This document shows positions 17,175 to 23,510 of a stretch of DNA of 23,510 nt, piece after piece. The stretch's first letter is position 1, and each line of letters opens with the position of its first letter. The position numbers and the translations under genes were made by a program. Where the stretch lies: positions 1 to 23,510 of the forward strand of contig JBGCFM010000132.1 in assembly GCA_045106895.1 (NCBI GenBank). The letters are read 5' to 3'. A model generated the notes under the pieces. That model was given only the letters and a program-made list of their open reading frames with translations, had not been told where the DNA came from and made no database searches. The stretch comes from Polyangiales bacterium (GTDB taxonomy: Bacteria > Myxococcota_A > Polyangia > Polyangiales > Houyiibacteriaceae).

Positions 17175-18782
17175 ATGCCTCCGGAGCCCGAGCGCCATGC
17201 GCGGCTGAAGAGCCTCTACGAAACGGGCGGAGAAGATGCCGAGCTGCTGTCCGAGGCGGATGGCGCGTGGGCCTACGCGATTCGCCTAAAGCGCTGGCTC
17301 AACGGGAGTGCGGAGGTCGAGCCCAATGTGCCCCGCGCGGTCTGGCAGAGGCCGCAGAAGAACGAGGAGGCGACGGCGCTCTTCGCGCTCTGCATCGAGG
17401 TACGCCGCGCCGCGACGCTGCGCCTGGACGGCGCCGGCGTCTCGTCTTGTGTCGCGTATGCACGTCAGCTCGCGCAAGATCACCCTGGCGCCTGCGATGA
17501 GCTTGCCCTCGGCGTCAGCGCCGCCTGGGAAGCCTGGGTTTTGGGCGCGCCAAACGCCGAGTCCGTGGAGGCGCTGGCACTTCAAGGGCGTGCGCGCGGA
17601 GATGCGCAGGTGGCGGTTGAGGCCCAGGTACTTCGGGGGCTGCATGAGCTAGCCCTGCGCCGCGTCGCAGATGCCGTCCAGACTCTTCGTCGCGCGTCTC
17701 GAATGGCCCGCGTGGAGGGCGTGCCAAACCTGGAAGTGCTCGCGGGCATCGCCCTCGCGCGCGCTCGCCGTTTTCAAGGGCGACCTCAGCTCGCGCTTCG
17801 CATCCTGCGGGCAGTCGCTCCCCACGCCCCGCCGCCCTGGAGGCGTTGGCTGTCTTGGGAGGCGGCGCTTTCCGGCGCTCGCTTTGCTGGTGGCCGCGCC
17901 GACGCCACTATCCTGGGGGCGCTGCTTCGTGCGTGTGACGCGAGCGAGCAAGGTCACGCGGACGGATCGCGCGTCAGCCTGGAGTCGCTCTCGAAGGGGG
18001 CGGAGAGCTTCGCGGCTCTAAGTCAGGAGGCGCGCGCGGCGGCGGCGCTTCTTTCCGTTGGCGAATGCACGGATGCGCCGGCGGACGTCGCGGCGTGGAT
18101 CCGGAGCGAGGTGAGCGAGGTGCCGCCGGCGTTTCGGGGTTTCATCTTTGCGAGTCACATCGAAGAAGCGGGTGAGTCCTGCGCGCTTCTCCTCGCGCCG
18201 ACCCAAGGGAGCGCGCGCCGCGTCCTCGCGCGCAGCGTTCGTCTCGCCATGGCCCTTGGTTACGATGCTGATTCCGCCGCAGCGCCGACGCATCCGCGCA
18301 CCGACTCGGGGCTCGCCACGCTTGCTTTTGGGCGAGGCGCGCTTCCCCTCGGGGTCTACTTTGAGCAGGTCTACGAGTACCCTTTCGACTCCGGCGTTCA
18401 CCGGAGCATGGTCAACATGCACGTGAAACGAATGCGTGAGCGCGTTGGCGAGAGCGCCGGCATTGAGCGTGACGGGGACACCATCGCGCTCCACATAAAG
18501 CGACCGTTGATCCTGCGCGATGCGCGCTGCGAAGAGACCATCGAGGATCGCGTCCTCGGAGTTCTCGCGCGGAGTGACGCGAAGAGCGCATCGGAGCTGG
18601 CGCGAGAGCTGAAGATTCCGCTTCGCACCGTCCAGCGGATTCTGCGCGAACTCCAGGTCGATGCAGGCGTCGAGCAGCACAAGGAGGGCCGGAAGGTTCG
18701 ATACGCCGTAGAGGACACGACGTTCTCCGAACCGACGCGGACGCGGCGCTTTGCGGCCGTCATCGGTGATGGCTCCTCGTAA
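17175..18782 (+). CDS. Putative transcriptional regulator: helical TPR-like N-region plus two C-terminal winged-helix/HTH-like domains
   Basis: C-terminal HTH 'SASELARELKIPLRTVQRILRELQ...GRKVRY', preceded by OmpR-C-like 'FEQVYEY...RSMVNMHVKRMRERVG'. Start is ATG 17175 or 17154; the 16800 start overlaps the divergent gene. Confidence 0.75.
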   Translation: MPPEPERHARLKSLYETGGEDAELLSEADGAWAYAIRLKRWLNGSAEVEPNVPRAVWQRPQKNEEATALFALCIEVRRAATLRLDGAGVSSCVAYARQLAQDHPGACDELALGVSAAWEAWVLGAPNAESVEALALQGRARGDAQVAVEAQVLRGLHELALRRVADAVQTLRRASRMARVEGVPNLEVLAGIALARARRFQGRPQLALRILRAVAPHAPPPWRRWLSWEAALSGARFAGGRADATILGALLRACDASEQGHADGSRVSLESLSKGAESFAALSQEARAAAALLSVGECTDAPADVAAWIRSEVSEVPPAFRGFIFASHIEEAGESCALLLAPTQGSARRVLARSVRLAMALGYDADSAAAPTHPRTDSGLATLAFGRGALPLGVYFEQVYEYPFDSGVHRSMVNMHVKRMRERVGESAGIERDGDTIALHIKRPLILRDARCEETIEDRVLGVLARSDAKSASELARELKIPLRTVQRILRELQVDAGVEQHKEGRKVRYAVEDTTFSEPTRTRRFAAVIGDGSS

Positions 18783-18784
18783 CT

Positions 18785-19642
18785 CTACGCCCGCGTCAGA
18801 ACGACTACGCGGGCGTCGACGTTCACGACGTGGCCATCGGCGAGGGGACTCAGCGCTTCTGTCCAATGGACGTGTCCACAAACAACGAGGGGTGGTGTTC
18901 GTTCCCTCAGCACGTCGGTGATCGCCGTGTGTCCGCGTTGACCGGGCTCGATGCCTGCTGGTCCCTCGTGCAGGACGAGAATATCTGGGCTCGCTTCTGC
19001 GGCCTCGTGAACGAGGGAGAGTTGCTCCGCGACGAGGCGGCGTCCGCCCTTATGGAGTTTATGTTCTGGCGCGGTGATGCCGCCGACACCGGCGATGCGG
19101 AGACCATCCACGTTCATGAGCGCTCCATCGAGGAGGTGAATGTTGGGCTGCGCGGACAAGCGCATGCGTTCCTTGGCCGTGCCGAAACGGTCGTGGTTGC
19201 CGGGAGCGCCGGCGACCCAGCGAAAGGACTCCGCGAAACGTGTCCACACGGAGCGCACATCGCCGGAGGCGCCTCGTTTGCGTGCGTCCATCGTCGAGTA
19301 GAGGTCTCCCGCGAGGACAGCGCCGCATTCCCACAGTGGCGGAATCTGGCCTGAGTCGCTGAGCTGTTCGAGGACGTCGACGACGACCTCGCCCAAGAGC
19401 GCGGTGGCGCCGTCGTCTCGCCAGGACGGGGCGACGCCTTGGAGGTCGGAGGTGAGCACGAGTGCATCCAAACCGTCGGGGAGACCTTCGACGCGACCCC
19501 TTTGAAAAGGAAGGCTGAGGCTCTCGGTGCCTCCACCGGAGGCAGCACAAAGGTAGGGCTGATGATGAAAAGCCTGAGAGTCGACCTGGAGCACGCGCAC
19601 TTGGGGGCTTTCCCATGGCAAATCCGGGCTGCAAACCGGCAA
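18785..19642 (-). CDS. Calcineurin-like metallophosphoesterase
   Basis: Five motifs in order: SDLQG, AGDLY, PGNHD, VLHEGP, CGHVH. Start codon uncertain (TTG). Confidence 0.88.
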   Translation of the reverse strand: MPVCSPDLPWESPQVRVLQVDSQAFHHQPYLCAASGGGTESLSLPFQRGRVEGLPDGLDALVLTSDLQGVAPSWRDDGATALLGEVVVDVLEQLSDSGQIPPLWECGAVLAGDLYSTMDARKRGASGDVRSVWTRFAESFRWVAGAPGNHDRFGTAKERMRLSAQPNIHLLDGALMNVDGLRIAGVGGITAPEHKLHKGGRRLVAEQLSLVHEAAEASPDILVLHEGPAGIEPGQRGHTAITDVLRERTPPLVVCGHVHWTEALSPLADGHVVNVDARVVVLTRA

Positions 19643-19716
19643 TTTGGTTCACTTCGGGGATTTCGTGGCGAAGCCTCCTTCAAACAGGGTAGAATCCTCG
19701 GATAAAGCGAGGCAAA

Positions 19717-22440
19717 ATGAGAATTTTCGCGGCTCTTCTACTTACGCTGGGTTTGAGTGCCCCGGCACTGGCTCAGCCCAACGTCATCGAGGCGGGGGTG
19801 ACACTGACTCGGGACGTCGACGGCACGGGGTCTGGGCCGGTTCACGGCCTGTCCTTGGACGATGAGACGCGGGATGCGTACTTCATCGGAGACGGAGGAA
19901 ACGACCTCTTTCGTCTCTCACCAGACGGGACCATCACGCAGATCGCGGACGACGTTGGGCGTTTCATCGGCATTCTCTCGGACCTTCGTGTGGGTCCCGA
20001 CGGTCTCCTCTATGTCGGCGATAGTTTCTTGGCCGCCGGCGAGACAGACGGGGACATCTTCCGTTTCGAACGCGACGGAACCTTCGTCGACACCTTCGCG
20101 TCGGTCCTTATCGGCGCCGGTAGCAATGCCTTCGGCATGGACTTCGACTGCGCGGGTGACTTGTACGCCAGCGAGACAGGCGACAACCTCTACCGCATCG
20201 ACCCAATGGGCGACGTCAGCATTCATTCAAGTGGATGGGTCGACGTCGACGAGATCGAACGCGGCGAGAACAACCAGATGTTCGTCCTCGACGGCAGCGC
20301 TCGCTCCGACGAGCACGGGACCGTCTTTCTGCACGAGCCTGACGGTAGTCTGCGTCGCTACGCCGAAGGTCTCCCAAGAATCCACGCGGCGACCTTCGAC
20401 CGCGGAAGCGGCGACCTCATCGTCGGTACGTACACGACCGGCGAGGTGCTTCGACTTCGTGATTCAAGCGGCGACGGCGTTATTCAGCCTGAAGAGGTGA
20501 CCACCATCGCCGACGGGCTCGGAACGAACTTGCTCGTCGACGTGGACTACGGACGGGCGTCTTCCGGCGACGGGTACGCGCTCTACATCGTCGCGGCTGG
20601 CCACATCTACGAATTGGGCGGCTTTGGCGCTCCACGCTTCGGTGGCTGTGGCGCGCTCTTCGACGACGACGGCGACGGCGTCTGCGACATGGGCGTCGAT
20701 GCGAACGGTGATGGTGACTGCAACGACGTCGGCGAAGATACCGATGCGATGGACTGCGACGATAGCGAGCCGCTCTCCTCGCCGCTCCTTAGCGAAGTCT
20801 GCAACGACGGTATCGACAACGACTGTGATGGTGATGTCGACCTCACGGACGCCATGTGCGCAACCTTCGACACGGACATGGACGGCATCCCCGACATCGT
20901 CGAGATCCCAAATGGTGACTCCGACATGGACGGCGACGATGACTTCGAAGACCCGGACGACGACAACGACGGCATACCGACCATCGAAGAGTGCCCGGAC
21001 CCCGCCGACTGTCGCGACACGGACGGCACCGAGGGGGTCGACTACCTCGACAACGATGACGATGGCGACGGGGTCCTCACGATGGACGAGCGGCCTATGG
21101 ACGCGGACCGAAACACCGACGAAGACGGGATCCCCGACCATCTCGACGATGACGATGACGGCGACGGAATCCCAACGGCGACGGAGATCGCAGACGTCCT
21201 TGACCTCGGCGGAGAGCCCGACGACGACGGTATCCCGGCGTTCCTCGACACGGACTCCGACGGCGACATGGTCGACGACGAGACCGAAGGACGAGGAGAC
21301 CTCGACGGCGACGGCGAGCTCGACTACCTGGACGCGGACTCTTCCCCGCGGGACACCGACATGGACGGAATCCGCGACGATGTGGAGTGCCCCGGCGGAG
21401 TCATGCCATGCCCGGACACCGACGAAGACGGGACCCCAGACTTCGAGGACCCCGACGACGACGGCGACGGAATCCCCACGCGTGATGAACGCCCCATGGG
21501 TGACCAAGACACGGACAGCAACGATGTGCCCGACCACCTCGACGCGGACGACGACGGTGACGGCGTCCCCACGGCGACGGAGTGTATGGGCGGCCTTCCG
21601 TGTATGAACACGGACAGCGACGACAACCCGGACTACCTGGATACGGACGACGACAACGACGGCCTCGACACCGCCACGGAGGTCGCCGATGAGGCCGCTC
21701 TCGGTGGCAACGTCGACGGCGACGATATCCCAGCCTACCTCGACACAGACAGCGACAACGACGGCGTCGGGGACGAGTTCGAGGGACGTGAGGACGAAGA
21801 TGGAGATGGCGAACCGAACTACCTCGACGCGGACAGCGTGCCCGAGGACATGGACGGCGACGGCGTTCCGGACTCCGTGGAGTGCTCCACGGAACCTTGC
21901 ATCGACACGGACGGTGACGGAATCGCGGACTTGCTCGATCCGGACGATGACGGCGACGGCATCCCGACGCGCGACGAACGGCCGATGGGCATGAGCGTCG
22001 ACACGGACGACGATGGCGTGGCGGACTACCTCGACCCCGACGACGATGGTGACACCGTGCCGACTCGTGACGAGCGGCCAGACGACGCCGACCGAGACAC
22101 GGACATGGACGGCACCCCCGACCACTTGGACGACGACGACGACGACGACGGAATTCTCACAAGCGTCGAGAACAACGCCGCAGAAGGTCTCGACGTGGAT
22201 GGCGACGGCATCCCGAACTACCTCGACGAGAACTCCGACGGCGACTCCCGCAGTGACGCCGAGGAGGGAACCGGCGACGACGACATGGATGGAATCCCGA
22301 ACTACCTGGACCCTGACGGAACGGTACCCACGTCCGGCGGTGGTGTGAGCGGCGGCGGCTGTTCGGCGTCCGGCGGAAACGCGGGAAGCCCTTGGTTGCT
22401 CTTGGTGGCCGCGCTCTTCTGGCGGCGTCGCCGAAGCTAG
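19717..22440 (+). CDS. Cell-surface protein: signal peptide, beta-propeller-like N-domain, MopE-like module, thrombospondin type 3-like Asp-rich repeats, MYXO-CTERM anchor
   Basis: Signal ending ...APALA. Propeller-like blades (VGPDGLLYVGD, FDCAGDLYAS, FDRGSGDLIVG). EVCNDGIDNDCDG. Many DxDxDG repeats. C-terminus GGGCSASGG-x-PWLLLVAALFWRRRRS. Confidence 0.92.
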   Translation: MRIFAALLLTLGLSAPALAQPNVIEAGVTLTRDVDGTGSGPVHGLSLDDETRDAYFIGDGGNDLFRLSPDGTITQIADDVGRFIGILSDLRVGPDGLLYVGDSFLAAGETDGDIFRFERDGTFVDTFASVLIGAGSNAFGMDFDCAGDLYASETGDNLYRIDPMGDVSIHSSGWVDVDEIERGENNQMFVLDGSARSDEHGTVFLHEPDGSLRRYAEGLPRIHAATFDRGSGDLIVGTYTTGEVLRLRDSSGDGVIQPEEVTTIADGLGTNLLVDVDYGRASSGDGYALYIVAAGHIYELGGFGAPRFGGCGALFDDDGDGVCDMGVDANGDGDCNDVGEDTDAMDCDDSEPLSSPLLSEVCNDGIDNDCDGDVDLTDAMCATFDTDMDGIPDIVEIPNGDSDMDGDDDFEDPDDDNDGIPTIEECPDPADCRDTDGTEGVDYLDNDDDGDGVLTMDERPMDADRNTDEDGIPDHLDDDDDGDGIPTATEIADVLDLGGEPDDDGIPAFLDTDSDGDMVDDETEGRGDLDGDGELDYLDADSSPRDTDMDGIRDDVECPGGVMPCPDTDEDGTPDFEDPDDDGDGIPTRDERPMGDQDTDSNDVPDHLDADDDGDGVPTATECMGGLPCMNTDSDDNPDYLDTDDDNDGLDTATEVADEAALGGNVDGDDIPAYLDTDSDNDGVGDEFEGREDEDGDGEPNYLDADSVPEDMDGDGVPDSVECSTEPCIDTDGDGIADLLDPDDDGDGIPTRDERPMGMSVDTDDDGVADYLDPDDDGDTVPTRDERPDDADRDTDMDGTPDHLDDDDDDDGILTSVENNAAEGLDVDGDGIPNYLDENSDGDSRSDAEEGTGDDDMDGIPNYLDPDGTVPTSGGGVSGGGCSASGGNAGSPWLLLVAALFWRRRRS
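20869..22320 (+). repeat. Fifteen TSP3-like Asp-rich repeats arranged as three super-repeats of about 160 aa
   Basis: Super-units begin at 20869, 21352 and 21847 (483, 495 and about 474 nt). Each has five [FYHL][LE]Dx[DN] cores and ends EGxxDxDxDGxx[DN]YLDxD. Includes (GAC)7 at 22129-22149. Confidence 0.85.
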
Positions 22441-22468
22441 CGCTCAAACCACTCCTGCAGTGCTGATC

Positions 22469-22499
22469 GCGCGGCCCGTGCAAACGGGTCGCGCTTTTT
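22469..22499 (+). terminator. Intrinsic terminator after the MYXO-CTERM gene
   Basis: 11-bp stem GCGCGGCCCGT / ACGGGTCGCGC (one G-U pair), GCAA tetraloop, then TTTTT and a further T-run. Confidence 0.88.
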
Positions 22500-22523
22500 G
22501 CATTTTTTGTCTTACAAAGGAGC

Positions 22524-23510
22524 GTGGGAGGGACTTCGGCAACGCTACGCAAGTACTACCGGCGCTTCGCGAGGCGTGCGGCGACGACCTGCTACGGGCT
22601 TGTCGCGGGCGGGTTGGGCGTCCTGCTCTCCTTTGTGGTGCTCCAGAAGCTTGGGCTGGTGACGAACGAGAACGTCGTCCTCGGAGGGTTGGCCGTGGCG
22701 GCGCTGGGTCTCGTGTCCGCGCTCCCCACCAGCGCGTTTCTGGTGTGGGCTCAGCGTCGCCGCACCTCCGCGGGGGCCGTTGGGCAAGAAGTCGCCCTCG
22801 GTGGCAGCGTGCAGGGCGTCGTCACTTCCGGAACGAGCGCGCTTGTGTGCACCGACGGCCCATCGTTTGAGCTCGACGGTCTTCGGCCGGAAGAAGTTCG
22901 TCGGCTCCAGGAAAAGCACACGTCCGCGACACACTTCTTTGAGTCGGGTCCGCCCGCGCGGGCGAGGCTCTGGTGGCTATCGCTGGCGGCGTGCGGCGTC
23001 CTCTCGAGCGCTGCGCTCGCCGTTCTTGGGTACACCATCGATCACCTGATGCCTTTGGCCGTGTACACCTCGGTGTTCGTGGCGTCCGCATCCGTTCTCG
23101 GGGTACAAGCCCGCGACGTGCGGATTGGCATCGACGGCGTGCGCATGGGCCTCGAGTTCGTCTCGTACTCGTCGCTGCAGCAGCTCACCACCGCGAGAGG
23201 ACGCCTGGTCGTTGTTTGCAGGGATGGCCGCCGCATCCTCGGGTCCCTTCAAGTCACGCAAGAGCTAGGGGAAGCCCTCGACGCGCTCGTGCAGCCACGC
23301 CTCGACGCGGCGGCGAGCGGCGGAGAAGCCTACGATGTTCAAAACGAGGAGAGCTTCGACGAGTGGCTGAAGAGAGTTCGCGGGCGTTTTGACGTGACCA
23401 GTTTTCGCGAAGCCCCCGCGTCCGTGGAGAGCGCCAAGGAACTCCTCCGTGACGCGAAGGTGCCGTTCCGTGTCCGAGTGGGCGTCGCCGTGGCACTCGC
23501 TCCCATCGAT
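22524..23510 (+). CDS. Hypothetical multi-pass membrane protein, 3'-truncated by the window edge (absent from the supplied ORF track)
   Basis: Manual translation from GTG 22524 is stop-free for 329 codons to the window end (MGGTSATLRKYYRRFARRAATTCYGLVAGGLGVLLSFVVL...FREAPASVESAKELLRDAKVPFRVRVGVAVALAPID). It shows about four TM segments. There is an in-frame TGA upstream at 22464. Confidence 0.8.
   Translation, partial: MGGTSATLRKYYRRFARRAATTCYGLVAGGLGVLLSFVVLQKLGLVTNENVVLGGLAVAALGLVSALPTSAFLVWAQRRRTSAGAVGQEVALGGSVQGVVTSGTSALVCTDGPSFELDGLRPEEVRRLQEKHTSATHFFESGPPARARLWWLSLAACGVLSSAALAVLGYTIDHLMPLAVYTSVFVASASVLGVQARDVRIGIDGVRMGLEFVSYSSLQQLTTARGRLVVVCRDGRRILGSLQVTQELGEALDALVQPRLDAAASGGEAYDVQNEESFDEWLKRVRGRFDVTSFREAPASVESAKELLRDAKVPFRVRVGVAVALAPID

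Noticed and set aside
21292..21300. RGD integrin-binding tripeptide within the TSP3-like repeats, as in thrombospondin
   Set aside because: The equivalent positions in the other two super-repeats are RED and TGD. It is likely chance in a G/D-rich sequence.
20464..22125. 553-aa Val-rich minus-strand ORF and the Thr-rich and Ser-rich alternative-frame ORFs
   Set aside because: These arise from GAC (Asp) repeats read in other frames (GTC, ACG, TCG). They are not independent genes.
22129..22149. (GAC)7 microsatellite as a phase-variation tract
   Set aside because: A trinucleotide unit keeps the frame and simply encodes a poly-Asp core that matches the repeat consensus length.
20869..22320. Regularly spaced DNA repeats as a possible CRISPR array
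   Set aside because: The repeats are degenerate, in-frame and protein-coding, with no identical direct repeats, unique spacers or cas genes.

Overview
GC-rich bacterial DNA, almost certainly from Myxococcota (Polyangiales/Sandaracinaceae-like). The evidence is a MYXO-CTERM sorting signal, an HRDVSPxN-type Ser/Thr kinase with a PEGA domain, a DUF1552/DUF1592 pair, MopE-like Cys/Asp repeats and D-[AGS]-G-linker lipoproteins. There are about 19 protein-coding loci. I saw no rRNA, tRNA, CRISPR array or transposase. The left edge holds the end of an operon: a DEDDh 3'-5' exonuclease (RNase AS/Rv2179c-like) translationally coupled to a Pol-beta-superfamily nucleotidyltransferase. A lower-GC orphan membrane gene follows it. 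This pair is the best candidate for an undescribed nucleotide writer/eraser or defence module, but its upstream genes are outside the window. The rest is dominated by envelope and surface functions: a Gcr-family membrane protein, a quinone oxidoreductase, a fasciclin lipoprotein, a frameshifted C-type-lectin lipoprotein, an esterase lipoprotein, a lipoprotein/kinase/TPR cassette, a DUF1592-DUF1552 operon with a divergent tandem-wHTH regulator, a metallophosphoesterase, and a 907-aa thrombospondin-type-3-repeat MYXO-CTERM protein with a 3x5 higher-order repeat. An ORF missing from the supplied track runs off the right edge. All family calls come from motif recognition by eye; no database searches were run.
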